DNA of 64,000 bases from Thermoplasmata archaeon. GTDB lineage: Archaea; Thermoplasmatota; Thermoplasmata; Lutacidiplasmatales; UBA184. The notes below the pieces were generated by a model that was not told the origin of the DNA, made no database searches, and worked only from the letters and a program-made list of their open reading frames with translations. The DNA is taken from contig JAGWLG010000009.1 of the NCBI GenBank assembly GCA_028864975.1, positions 54,145 to 118,144 on the forward strand. Reading direction: 5' to 3'. The translations under genes and the position numbers were made by a program. This document shows, piece by piece, positions 19,814-29,561 of the stretch (position 1 is its first letter; every line of letters starts with the position of its first letter).

Positions 19814-21364
19814 GTGGCCGCCAAAGGGGTCGCCGCCGCATCGACCAGCGCCTCGGCAGGGGCGGGGGGTGGACGTGGAGCGGCCTCTCAGCTCCCTCAG
19901 GTCGAACTGCTCTATCGAACGCCCGGGGAGGTCCTGCACGACCACCTGACGGGGCTCATGACGGCCCTCCAGGGCAAGGGGCTCTCCCGAGAGGAGGCAT
20001 TGGCCTCCCTCTTCCCCAAGACCGTCCTCCCGTACGAGACCTACGAGGACACGATGGCCGCCCTGCTGTCGGGCGCCCACCTCCTCTTCTTCGGCCCCTC
20101 CGGGAGCGGGAAGACGAACCTGGCGAAGGAGCTCTGGGACCTCTACCCCAAGACCATCTGGACGGTCGACGGATGCCCCCTGCTGGACCACCCCGCCTCC
20201 ATCCTCGATCCCGCCGCGGCCGCCGAGGCCCCACCTTGCCCGATCTGCACCCGACGCTTCTCTCCTGACGGAGCCCCCGACGGGTTCGACCCGAAGAGGG
20301 TGGATCCCTCGAAGGTCCCGGTGCGGAAGATCACCCTCCGAGAGGGGTTCGGGTTCGCCAGGATCCAGGGATCTTCGGAGGTGTTCCCCGACCACCTGAC
20401 GGGCAACATCAACCTCCTGAAGCTGGAGCAGGTAGGCGACCCGATGAGCCCCCTCGTCCTCGAGCCGGGGAAGCTCCTCCAGGCGAACCGTGGGTTCCTC
20501 CTTGTCGATGAGATCGGGAAGCTCCCGCTCGGGACGCAGAACGTGCTGCTCCAAGCGTTGCAAGAGGGGACCGTCACTCCCGCGAAGTCGCGGGAAAGCT
20601 TCCCTTCACGCTTCGTCGCGGTCTGCACGTCCAACCTCTCCGACCTTGACAACATCAACGACCCGCTCTCCGACCGCCTGACCTCGGTCCATGTCGAGTT
20701 CAACCGGGTCCACGGACGGAACCGACGGATCGTGGAGTTGGCACGGCACGGGCCGGCCATGGCGTGGGTGCCGGAGGTCCTCCTGGACGCCGGCGTCCGA
20801 GTGATCGAGCTCTGGCGCGAGAAGATGTCCGACGACAACCCCGACGTGGGGGAGGTCGGAAGCAACCGTACCCTCATCGACGTCGGCTTCCGGATGGAGG
20901 CCTACGCCAAGCTCAAGGGCCATTCCTGGCCGACCTACGAGGACCTGAAATCGGGGCTGCTGCACGGGATGCGGGGGCGGATCCGGGCCCGCAGCGGCGA
21001 CTCCTTCCAGCAGAACAGCCGCCTCGTCTCCGAGTTCGTCGAGCGCCACGCGGAGGAGGCGGTGAAGCGCTCCGCGACGGTCTACTGGTGCCGATTCTTC
21101 CGCGATCGTCTGAAGGGGAACAAGGCCGAGGGGGAGGGGGTCGTCTCCGAGGGCCGGCGTCTCTCGAAGGACTCGGCGCTCGTCGCCCAGGTCGCGAGGG
21201 GCGAGCCGCTCTTCCCGCGCTTCCAGGAGTTCTCCAAGTGGGTGTCGGAACGGGAGAAGCTCCCGAGCTCCGTCTCGTCCGCCGAAGCGGCCATCGGGGA
21301 GTTCGCCCTGCTCGAGAAGTTCTCCCTCTTCAGCTGCGAAGAGGGGAGCGATGACCGCGAGTAG
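19814..21364 (+). CDS. AAA+ ATPase (PrkA/Mg-chelatase/MoxR-like clade)
   Basis: GPSGSGKT Walker A, LLVDEIGK Walker B, GCPLLDHP...CPIC insertion. Confidence 0.88.
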   Translation: MAAKGVAAASTSASAGAGGGRGAASQLPQVELLYRTPGEVLHDHLTGLMTALQGKGLSREEALASLFPKTVLPYETYEDTMAALLSGAHLLFFGPSGSGKTNLAKELWDLYPKTIWTVDGCPLLDHPASILDPAAAAEAPPCPICTRRFSPDGAPDGFDPKRVDPSKVPVRKITLREGFGFARIQGSSEVFPDHLTGNINLLKLEQVGDPMSPLVLEPGKLLQANRGFLLVDEIGKLPLGTQNVLLQALQEGTVTPAKSRESFPSRFVAVCTSNLSDLDNINDPLSDRLTSVHVEFNRVHGRNRRIVELARHGPAMAWVPEVLLDAGVRVIELWREKMSDDNPDVGEVGSNRTLIDVGFRMEAYAKLKGHSWPTYEDLKSGLLHGMRGRIRARSGDSFQQNSRLVSEFVERHAEEAVKRSATVYWCRFFRDRLKGNKAEGEGVVSEGRRLSKDSALVAQVARGEPLFPRFQEFSKWVSEREKLPSSVSSAEAAIGEFALLEKFSLFSCEEGSDDRE

Positions 21365-23291
21365 CCCCACCGAGGCGACCCTCCCCTCCCCCTCGAACAC
21401 CGCTCCCGCGGCGATCGCCCTACCGGCCTGTGAGGCGGTGAGCGAGGAGCTGGAGGACGACGACCTTCTCTCGCTCCTCGCCAAGGACCGGATGGTCCGC
21501 GCGCTCGCCGAGCAAGGGCTGGGGGGGGTCCGTGAGATCGTCCGGGAGGAGGAGGCGAAGGGGGGTCGGTTCGCCGAGCGCGTCGCCTCGCTTCGGGAGC
21601 GCCTCCGCCGCCAGTTCTCGCGCCAGGTCCACCACCTCCAGCAGGAGTACCGCCGCAAGGAAGACGATCTGCGCCTTCGTCAGGAGGACCAGCGACGGCT
21701 CCTCGAAGCGGAGATCGCACGCTTGCAGGAGTCGCTCCAACGAGCTCGAGAGCTCTCGGCTCCTTCGCTCAAGGCCGACCAGGACCTGATGGAGGCCGTA
21801 AGGTCGGCGCTCCTCCTCCCGACGGACGCGCTGAAGCGGGCCTCGCGGGAGCGCCCCCCATCGCTCTGGCAGCGGATCCGGGCCTTCTTCTCGCACCTGT
21901 GGCAGGCGATCTTGCGCCTCTTCGGAAGAGGGAAGCGGGCGGAGCCCCGGAGGAAGCCCTCCGAGGGTCGGACCGTCACCATCGGGCGCCTGGCCTCCTT
22001 CGGCCGAACGCTCTCGCCGGACAACGCGGGGGACCTCTTCGGTCAGCTCACCCCGGCCCAGATGAAGGCCATCCAGGACGCGACGGAGCAGCGGCTCCGG
22101 GACCGGACCCGCGACCTCACGCGCCAAGGAAAGGAGTCCGAGGTCGAGGTTCGTCGCCGGAGGGACGACCTGGCCCGGGAGGCCGAGGCCGCGCGGGCCG
22201 AGGCGCTCCGCCGCGCGGAGGAGCAGACGCGGGCGGGGGTGGAGAAGAAGGTCCGGGACGAGCTCAAGGAGCGCGGATGGGTGCGCGAGCGGAGCGGCCA
22301 GATGGCCATCACGTACGCCCTCGTGGAGAAGTTCGCACGGCTCGTGTTGGAGGAGGAGTCCCGGTCCCTCCCTGAGGGACTTCGGATGTCCCTCAAGGGC
22401 TCGGCCTCCACGGGTCTCTACGAGAAGGGCAGGCTCCGTCAACTGGACGAGGTGGCGCGGCTCGACCTCGTGGGCTCCCTGGTCGAGAGCCGACTGCGCG
22501 GGTCGCGGCACCTCATCGAGGATGCCTCCTACGTCTACCGGGAGATCCGCTCGGAGAGCCTGCACGCGGTGCTGCTCCTCGACACGAGCGGCTCCATGGC
22601 CGAGGGGGAGAAACTGCCCGCGGCGAAGAAGGCGTTCCTCGCCCTCTACATGGCGATCCGCCGTCGCTATCCGGATGCCGTGCTCGACGTCGTCGCCTTC
22701 GACAACAATGTGCGGGTGCTGGACCTCGTCTCCCTGTGGGAAGCGAGGCCCGGGGCCTTCACGAACACGGGGGAAGCCCTACGGACCGCCCACGAGCTCC
22801 TGCGCTCCTCCCGGGCCCATCGGAAGGAGGTCTACCTGATCACGGACGGTCTTCCGGAGGCCTACAGCGAGGAGACCGGCGAGGTCAAGAGCGGCAACCT
22901 CCAGAAGGCGCTGGAATCCGCGCTCCAGCGCGCGACCGAGCTGAGGACCGTGGGGCCGCTCGCCTCGACGATCGTCCTGCTCAAGTCCGAGGACCCCTCT
23001 TTCGAGAAGGCCGCACGGGCGCTCGCGCGCGTCCTCGGGGGGAGCGTGGTGATCACCGACCCGAGAAGGCTCGCCTTCGAACTGCTCGTCCGGTTCATCG
23101 GGGACCAGCCGATGGAGCGCGCTGCGCCCGCGGGCCCCTCCGAGCCCACCGCCCCGCACCCTCCCGCCGCCAGCGCCTCCGCCCCCACGGTGGGGGTGTC
23201 CGTCCCGGGGGGTACGGCTCGCGACCGCCGCAAGGCGCGACGCGCCTCGGGCGGAGGGGGCACTCCCCCTTCGGCGCCCTCCCCGTCCTGA
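21351..23291 (+). CDS. Coiled-coil plus von Willebrand factor A (VWA) domain protein
   Basis: MIDAS DTSGS, TNTGEAL, LITDG; long charged helical N-terminus; 14-nt overlap with the ATPase. Confidence 0.88.
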   Translation: MTASSPTEATLPSPSNTAPAAIALPACEAVSEELEDDDLLSLLAKDRMVRALAEQGLGGVREIVREEEAKGGRFAERVASLRERLRRQFSRQVHHLQQEYRRKEDDLRLRQEDQRRLLEAEIARLQESLQRARELSAPSLKADQDLMEAVRSALLLPTDALKRASRERPPSLWQRIRAFFSHLWQAILRLFGRGKRAEPRRKPSEGRTVTIGRLASFGRTLSPDNAGDLFGQLTPAQMKAIQDATEQRLRDRTRDLTRQGKESEVEVRRRRDDLAREAEAARAEALRRAEEQTRAGVEKKVRDELKERGWVRERSGQMAITYALVEKFARLVLEEESRSLPEGLRMSLKGSASTGLYEKGRLRQLDEVARLDLVGSLVESRLRGSRHLIEDASYVYREIRSESLHAVLLLDTSGSMAEGEKLPAAKKAFLALYMAIRRRYPDAVLDVVAFDNNVRVLDLVSLWEARPGAFTNTGEALRTAHELLRSSRAHRKEVYLITDGLPEAYSEETGEVKSGNLQKALESALQRATELRTVGPLASTIVLLKSEDPSFEKAARALARVLGGSVVITDPRRLAFELLVRFIGDQPMERAAPAGPSEPTAPHPPAASASAPTVGVSVPGGTARDRRKARRASGGGGTPPSAPSPS

Positions 23292-23315
23292 GCCGAGAGA
23301 AGAGGTCGAACGCTC

Positions 23316-24794
23316 GTGGTCAGGCGAGGTCCAGGGTCGGAGGGGGACACGCTCGTCGACCACCTCGAGTCGTTCTCGCAAGAGCTCCTCCGGGAGGCCT
23401 ACCTCGTCGGAGCCGGCAGGAAGGCGCGGGGCGACGAGGCCCGGATCTACCGGAGGTGGCGCACCCTCTTCCTTCCCTCGGCGTGGTCGCGTCTCCCCTC
23501 CGGCCCCCCGCGGACCCGAGCCCGCCTCGAGGAGTTCCTCAAGGTCGGCTACGTCGACCGGGCGGTCGCCCCCTGGCAGGACCGAAGGCGCAACCGTCTC
23601 CTTCGGTCGACCGTCCTCTGGGAGGGCCGTAAGGTCCCGTTCTTCTCGGCCAGCGTTCAGCTGGCGGAGCTCCCACGTCGCGAGGATCGCCGTGCGCTCT
23701 ACGGCGAGCTGGCGAAGGTGTGGCGGTCCGTGGCCGAGGAAGAAGAGGGCGTGTGGGCGACCTTCCAGGAGGGCACCCGCTCCCTAGGCTTCTCGGACGG
23801 ACGCGCGGCCTCGGAAGCCCTCTTTCACTACGGCATCCCGCGCCTGCTTCGCGAGACCCGCAGGTTCGCCTCCTCCACCCTCTCGATCTATGCTCCGTTA
23901 CTTCGGGAGCGCGCGGAAGCGGAAGGGCTCGCCCCCAAGGACCTCCGAACCTACGATGCCGGTCGGCTTCTTCGGGGGATGGGGTGGAGCGCGAGCTTCC
24001 CCAAGGACGGGCTCGTCCCCTTCCTCCGGCGGTTCCTACGGGGGACGGGCCTTCCTTGGGGGGTCTTCCGACCGGACCTCGAGGTGAGGCCACGGAAGAA
24101 CCCCCGTGCCTTCTGCGCCCCCGTCCGGGTCCCCGAAGAGGTCTATCTCGTGCTCCGCCCGACCGGGGGGTACGAGGACTACCACACCGCGCTCCACGAG
24201 ATGGGACACGCCCTGCATTTCGGGCTCACCGACCCCGCGCTCGACCCGGTCTTCCGTCGACTCGGGGATGCCTCGCTCACCGAGGGGTGGGCGTTCGTCC
24301 TCGACCTGCTCTTCCTCAACCCCTCGTTCGTGCGGACCTCCCTGCACGACCGCGAGTTCGTGCGGTTCGTCGCCCTGGCCCAGATCTGGATGTTGAGGAG
24401 GTACGCGGGCAAGATCGCCTACGAGTCCCGGTTCTTCCGCGACCCCACCGACCCTTCGCTACGCTCGCTCTATGTCCGGAGCCTCCAGAGGACGACCCTG
24501 GTCCGACCGGACGAAGAGGGGAGCATGGCCGATCGCTGGCGCTCCGACGTGGACCCCTGGATGTACACCGCGGCCTACCTTTGCGCGTGGATGTTCGCGG
24601 GGGCGTTCACCGAGCTCCTCGAGAGGCGATGGGGGGAGCGTTGGTGGTCGCGCCGGGAGGCGGGAGCCTTCCTGGCGAGGCTCTGGTCGCACGGTCTCCA
24701 CCCCACCGTCGAGGAGCTCTCCGAGGAGTTCGGGCTGGGGGCGCTCTCCCTGCTTCCTCTCGAAAGATTGGTCCGGCGGGCGCTCGGGGACTGA
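23316..24794 (+). CDS. M3-like (oligoendopeptidase F/gluzincin) metallopeptidase
   Basis: HEMGHALH zinc motif, downstream TEGWA, KNPRAFC. Confidence 0.82.
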   Translation: MVRRGPGSEGDTLVDHLESFSQELLREAYLVGAGRKARGDEARIYRRWRTLFLPSAWSRLPSGPPRTRARLEEFLKVGYVDRAVAPWQDRRRNRLLRSTVLWEGRKVPFFSASVQLAELPRREDRRALYGELAKVWRSVAEEEEGVWATFQEGTRSLGFSDGRAASEALFHYGIPRLLRETRRFASSTLSIYAPLLRERAEAEGLAPKDLRTYDAGRLLRGMGWSASFPKDGLVPFLRRFLRGTGLPWGVFRPDLEVRPRKNPRAFCAPVRVPEEVYLVLRPTGGYEDYHTALHEMGHALHFGLTDPALDPVFRRLGDASLTEGWAFVLDLLFLNPSFVRTSLHDREFVRFVALAQIWMLRRYAGKIAYESRFFRDPTDPSLRSLYVRSLQRTTLVRPDEEGSMADRWRSDVDPWMYTAAYLCAWMFAGAFTELLERRWGERWWSRREAGAFLARLWSHGLHPTVEELSEEFGLGALSLLPLERLVRRALGD

Positions 24795-24818
24795 GGGAGG
24801 GCCTTCCTCCCCCTACCT

Positions 24819-25259
24819 CTACGATTGACCCAGCTGCTGAAGACGGGTCTGACGGGCGCTCTGGATCTGGGTCAAGGCCTGGTTCGCCGTGTTGGGGTCG
24901 TGGAAGGCGATGCTCTGGCCATTGATCACGAGGTTCGCGGGAGCTTGGCCCCCCAAATTGCTGAAGGGATTGCCGATCGGGGAATAGTCCGAAGCAGCAT
25001 TCCCCGCAGCGTTCCCTGCGGCCTGAGAGGCGGCGTTCGGGTTCCCGTCCACGACCTGGGCATCCTGGATCGCCTCGAGGTCGACCCCCCAGGAGACCTC
25101 ATGATGCCCCCCCAGGCCGCCGATCCCGCCGCCCTTCATCAGGAAGCAGCGTTGGTCGGTCAGGTGGAACTCCCCGTGATGGGTCTTCCACTGACCGAGG
25201 ACGTGTTCGTTCTGTCGCAGCGGCGTTGCGGGTTGGTTCTGGTGTCCGAAGAGCGGCAC
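24819..25259 (-). CDS. Hypothetical protein, possible PH-like fold
   Basis: GEFHLTDQRCFLM pattern, C-terminal helix; GTG start. Confidence 0.6.
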   Translation of the reverse strand: MPLFGHQNQPATPLRQNEHVLGQWKTHHGEFHLTDQRCFLMKGGGIGGLGGHHEVSWGVDLEAIQDAQVVDGNPNAASQAAGNAAGNAASDYSPIGNPFSNLGGQAPANLVINGQSIAFHDPNTANQALTQIQSARQTRLQQLGQS

Positions 25260-25340
25260 GCGACCACCGCCCTAGGTAAGGAGGTCCCCCCTGATGTTCT
25301 TGCCGATGCCGCCGGGCCGAGGGGGGCCGCGCCTCCCCCA

Positions 25341-26433
25341 TGCTCTGTTGAATGAATAGGGGGGAGGAGTCCCTCCAGCGATGCCGCTCGGCTTGGGCTA
25401 CTCGATCCGGTATCCCTGGCCCTCGCCGTACTCCCGCAGCTCGTCGTAGGCCCACGCCCTCTGGTAGCCTTCCGCCACCAGTCCCGTAGGGGAGCGCGAG
25501 AGCACGTTCTCGCCGAACTTCCGCTTCATCGCCGAGAAGATCCCCTCCGTCCCCGGCCAGCGCATGCCGTACCCCTTCTGCGCTGCCCAGTCCCTGTATC
25601 CGAGCGCCCCGTACTCCCGAATCGCCCGACGCCGATGCTTGGCTCCGGGCGGGCGGCGTTTCGGACACGACTCCGAGTTCCGGGCGATCTTGATCACCGG
25701 CTCGGTCCCGGTTTCGTGGAGGGCCGTGAACATGTCGTAGGAGTCGAACGCCCCGTCCCCGTAGAACTTCCCTACACGGTATCCTCGTCGCGTCGCCTCC
25801 CGGACGTGGGTCGCGGCCGTCCCGGCCTCCGAATGACCCTTCCCCTCGATGTGGACCTCGATCCCGATCACCTTCTTGCGTCGCACGTCCGCCGTGATCA
25901 CCACCACCAAGTGCTTCCTCTGCCGAGCCTCCGGGTCCCCGTAGCGGAAGATCCGGTACTCCCCGGCGTTGGTGGTCTTCAGGCCGGTCCCATCCGAAGC
26001 CACCTCCAGGTCCTTGTAGGCCGGCATCCGAATCTCTGGGGTCAAGGCGTGGAGACGGTGCCAGAGGGTGGTGTAGTCCGGGGCGGTGGGGATGATCCCC
26101 AGCTTGACCATCCTCCGGGTGATCCCCTCGAGGCCCCGGTAGTCCACCAGCTGCTTCCAGATGACCAGCCACCGGACGAACGACTCGGGGACCTGGTACT
26201 GCCCCCCTCGTTTGCCCCGATTCATGGAGGCGAGCTCCTTGTCCCAGTGTCGAAGAGGGCGGAGGTCTAGGTAGAACTCGCCTCGGAGGACGAGGGATTC
26301 GTTGTAGGCGGGCCAGTCGCGGTGGTCCTGGTAGGGCTTGCCCCATCGGGCGGACATCCTCCCGGGGTGGGGGATCAGGGGGTCGTTCCCTTCGCTCCAG
26401 TCGAACCGGGGTTAGGGTTCATTCAACACAGCA
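25341..26433 (-). mobile_element. IS5-family insertion sequence (IS903-like), 1093 bp
   Basis: 16-bp terminal inverted repeats TGCTCTGTTGAATGAA (25341-25356) and TTCATTCAACACAGCA (26418-26433), 15/16 match; 9-bp target duplication CCTCCCCCA at 25332-25340 and 26434-26442. Confidence 0.95.
25398..26357 (-). CDS. IS5-family DDE transposase
   Basis: DWPAYNESLVLRG, PDYTTLWHR, ASDGTGLK, YGDGAFD, TEGIFSAMKRKFG. Confidence 0.95.
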   Translation of the reverse strand: MSARWGKPYQDHRDWPAYNESLVLRGEFYLDLRPLRHWDKELASMNRGKRGGQYQVPESFVRWLVIWKQLVDYRGLEGITRRMVKLGIIPTAPDYTTLWHRLHALTPEIRMPAYKDLEVASDGTGLKTTNAGEYRIFRYGDPEARQRKHLVVVITADVRRKKVIGIEVHIEGKGHSEAGTAATHVREATRRGYRVGKFYGDGAFDSYDMFTALHETGTEPVIKIARNSESCPKRRPPGAKHRRRAIREYGALGYRDWAAQKGYGMRWPGTEGIFSAMKRKFGENVLSRSPTGLVAEGYQRAWAYDELREYGEGQGYRIE

Positions 26434-26517
26434 CCTCCCCCACCAGGCATCATATAGGCCGAAGAACCCCCCTCGACACCGGGTGGTGCCGGACCGCCCG
26501 GGGAGCGTGATCGTCCC

Positions 26518-27807
26518 GTGGGAAAGGCCTCGGTCCAGGCGGAGTGGCAACCGCTTCGACGCGTCGTCGTCCGCCGCCCTGGGATGGAGACGTTCTTCGG
26601 CCTCCTAGAACCCTTCTCCTCCCTCTACGAGCGCGTCTTCTCCTTGGAAAAGGCGCGCCGGGAGCACGACGAGCTCGTCGAGACCCTCCGGCGCGGCTTC
26701 GGGGTCCACGTGCAGTACCTCGACGAGATCCTTCTGGAGGCGGCGGGGAGGGACCCCGAGTTCTACAAGGAGCTGGTCGACCGCGCCATGTCCACGATGC
26801 AGTTCGCCGGCGCGGGGGCGCGGCGGGCGCGCCGGGAGTTCGCGCTGAATCTCCAGCTCCTCGACCGGGAGCAGTTGATCCAGGTCCTCGCCCTCGCCCC
26901 GATGATCACCTTCGTGAAGAAGAAGGGCGCGCGCAGCATCCTCCCGTTCACCACGCTGCGCGTCCCGCTCACGAACCTCTTCTTCATGCGCGACCAGCAG
27001 GCCGTCGGGGACCGCGGGATCATCCTCGCGCGCTTGGCGAAACCCCAACGGCGGCGCGAGACGGAGATCACCTCCTTCGCTTGGCAGGCGCTCGGAGAGC
27101 CCCCGGTCCTCTCGATCCGTCGTGGGACCTTCGAGGGGGGTGACTTCCTCCCCGCGGGGGACTTCGCGCTGCTCGGGACGGGGGACCGCACTTCCCCGGC
27201 CGCGATCCAGGAGATCTTGTCCGCGGGGGTGGGGTTTGTCGAGGTGGGCGTGGTCCACCAACCCCGCCACCCGCTCCTAGACGCGCCCGATCCGATGGTC
27301 AACATGCACCTCGACACGTACATGAACTTCGCCGGGGAGCGCGTCGCGGTCGGCTACCCGGACATGCTTCGGGCCGCTCGCGTCGAGGTCTACCGACGGA
27401 GCGATGGAGGGCGATACCGCCTCGTCCGCAGCACCCGCCTCCTCCGCTACCTCGAGGTCGACCACCGGTTCCAGGTTGTGCCGATCACGACCTTGGAGCA
27501 GCTCTGCTACGCGACGAACTTCCTCACCGTCCGCAACCGTCGGATCCTGGTCCCCGACGTCGCTCGCAACGCCGAGAAGGTGCTGGCGAACCTTCGCAGG
27601 GCGGCGGAAGCGAACCCGGCCAAGTACCATCGACTGTACCTTCGCGCGAGCGTCGACTTCGGAGAGCTCCGGAGCACGGGGAGCTTCTTCCCGCACAAGC
27701 CGCTCGCCAAGGAGGTCGGGATTGAGGCCACCCAGGTTCCTCTCGCGAACCTGACCGGGGCCTTCGGCGGCGCTCACTGCCTGACCTGCGTTCTGGAGCG
27801 CAGCTGA
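26518..27807 (+). CDS. arcA: Arginine deiminase / amidinotransferase-family protein
   Basis: NLFFMRDQ, FEGGDF, MHLDTY, GGAHCLT catalytic Cys. Confidence 0.88.
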   Translation: MGKASVQAEWQPLRRVVVRRPGMETFFGLLEPFSSLYERVFSLEKARREHDELVETLRRGFGVHVQYLDEILLEAAGRDPEFYKELVDRAMSTMQFAGAGARRARREFALNLQLLDREQLIQVLALAPMITFVKKKGARSILPFTTLRVPLTNLFFMRDQQAVGDRGIILARLAKPQRRRETEITSFAWQALGEPPVLSIRRGTFEGGDFLPAGDFALLGTGDRTSPAAIQEILSAGVGFVEVGVVHQPRHPLLDAPDPMVNMHLDTYMNFAGERVAVGYPDMLRAARVEVYRRSDGGRYRLVRSTRLLRYLEVDHRFQVVPITTLEQLCYATNFLTVRNRRILVPDVARNAEKVLANLRRAAEANPAKYHRLYLRASVDFGELRSTGSFFPHKPLAKEVGIEATQVPLANLTGAFGGAHCLTCVLERS

Positions 27808-28029
27808 CCTAGCGCCCCTCCACCGTGGTCCCCCTCGAAGCTTGATGTGGGTCCGCGGGATGACCCGTTCGGCCTTTGGCCAGGAGGTCTCCGGAAATGG
27901 TCGCATCTCTCGGATCTGTCGCGCCCCCGGAGACCCTGTAGACCCTCGCGTCCGCACGGCCCTCGGTGGCCGGGGGTCCGTTGAACATGGACGAACTTCC
28001 GGAGCTTCTTGGGTCGTGGGCCGGCCAAC

Positions 28030-28770
28030 ATGCCCAACACACCGTACCTGGACAAGAGCGTCCGCTGGCGACTGAACACCGGGAACCTCGCCTTCCACGA
28101 GCTCCGCTACCGAGAGGTCGCGGACGCCATCCTGGACGCGGGGCTCGCCACGGAGGTGATCTCGAAGATCGGCTCCGGGAAGGAGGCCGACGTCTACCTG
28201 GGCCTCCTTCATTCCCGGAGGGTCGCGATCAAAGCCTACCGGTACTACCGCACTTCGCACCGAGGTCTGCGGCCGGTCAAGGCCGAGGAGCTAGGCCAGG
28301 TCGCCTCGCGGGAGTTCGAGCTCCTCTCCTACGCGTTCGTGGGGGGCGCCCCGGTCCCCGAGCCCATCGAACGGGACGAGTACATGCTCTCGATGGCCTT
28401 CTTGGGAACGGCCGACGGCCCCGCCCCCCGCCTCAAGGATGTGCGACTGGAGGAGCCCGGGCCCTTCCTCGACGAGGTTCTCGAGGGCGTGGAACGCCTG
28501 TCGAAGGCCGGGTTGGTGCACACTGACCTCTCCCCGTTCAACATCCTCGTGCACGACGGCCATCCCTGGGTCATCGACTTCGCGGATGCTCTGCGGGTCG
28601 ATCGATTGGGCTCCTCCCCCTGGGAACGGTTGACGCTCGCCCGGACCGCCCTGACGAACGGCCTGGGGTCGCTGCGCAAGTACTTCCGGCGTTATGGTCT
28701 GGACTTTGAAGAAGCCCCGCGGGTGGACCGCATCATGGAACGGCTGGACCGCTTCGGGTTGATGCGATGA
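28030..28770 (+). CDS. RIO-type Ser/Thr kinase
   Basis: IGSGKEADVY, VAIKAYR, VHTDLSPFNIL, VIDF; alternative start at 28009. Confidence 0.9.
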   Translation: MPNTPYLDKSVRWRLNTGNLAFHELRYREVADAILDAGLATEVISKIGSGKEADVYLGLLHSRRVAIKAYRYYRTSHRGLRPVKAEELGQVASREFELLSYAFVGGAPVPEPIERDEYMLSMAFLGTADGPAPRLKDVRLEEPGPFLDEVLEGVERLSKAGLVHTDLSPFNILVHDGHPWVIDFADALRVDRLGSSPWERLTLARTALTNGLGSLRKYFRRYGLDFEEAPRVDRIMERLDRFGLMR

Positions 28771-29561
28771 AGTACCCGGCTTCCTCTCGATCACGCTCGA
28801 GGGCCCCAGCCTTCTTCCTCCTCCTGCGCGGTCCGCTCGGGGTGGGGAAGTCCACCGTCGCGCGGGCGCTCTCCCGCAAGCTAGCGGCGAAGGTCGTTTC
28901 GATGGACCGTGTGGTCGACCGATGGGCCTGGGACGGGGGTTCGGAGAGGCTCTTCCTCCGGGCCAACGTGGTGGCCGCGGAGATCGCCCGTCCCTCGCTC
29001 GAAAGGGCCGTTCCGGTGATCTTCGACGGTTGCTTCTACTGGAGGAAGGTGATCGAGGACCTGCGGGCCCGCCTTCCGTACCCCTCGAGGGTGGTGACCC
29101 TCCGCGCCCCCCTCGCGGTCTGCATCGAGCGCGACAGCGAGCGGAGGACCTCCTACGGCGAGGGGAGTGCGCGCGCGGTCTACCGGAAGGTGCGGCGAGA
29201 ACGGGTCGGGACGAGCGTGGATGCCTCGGGGGACCTCACAAGCACGGTAGAAGCCGTTCTCGCCCTCCTCAACGGGAGGGGACGATCGGGTGACGACGCT
29301 CGAGCTCCAGCAACTCGGGAGGGGTCAGGTCCAGGCATCCGACGAGCCGAACCACGACGGAAGGTCCAGGCCTCCGTCCCGACGAAGGACGCCGGCCCAG
29401 GCGCGACTCGAGCGCCCCCAGGAGCGAGTGCTTCTCGGCGGGGGAGAGGTGATGGAGGGGCGCGAGGCTCCTCTGCTTCACCGCGAGCTCCACACCGCGC
29501 GCCAGGTCCTGGCGATGGGCGTGCTCGAGCTCGGGGAGGAGCTCACGCTGGAGATAGTTGA
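28767..29561 (+). CDS. P-loop nucleotide/small-molecule kinase-like protein
   Basis: RGPLGVGKST, VIFDG, APLAVCIERD; ATGA overlap with RIO kinase; low-complexity tail after ~29280. Confidence 0.8.
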   Translation: MKYPASSRSRSRAPAFFLLLRGPLGVGKSTVARALSRKLAAKVVSMDRVVDRWAWDGGSERLFLRANVVAAEIARPSLERAVPVIFDGCFYWRKVIEDLRARLPYPSRVVTLRAPLAVCIERDSERRTSYGEGSARAVYRKVRRERVGTSVDASGDLTSTVEAVLALLNGRGRSGDDARAPATREGSGPGIRRAEPRRKVQASVPTKDAGPGATRAPPGASASRRGRGDGGARGSSASPRAPHRAPGPGDGRARARGGAHAGDS

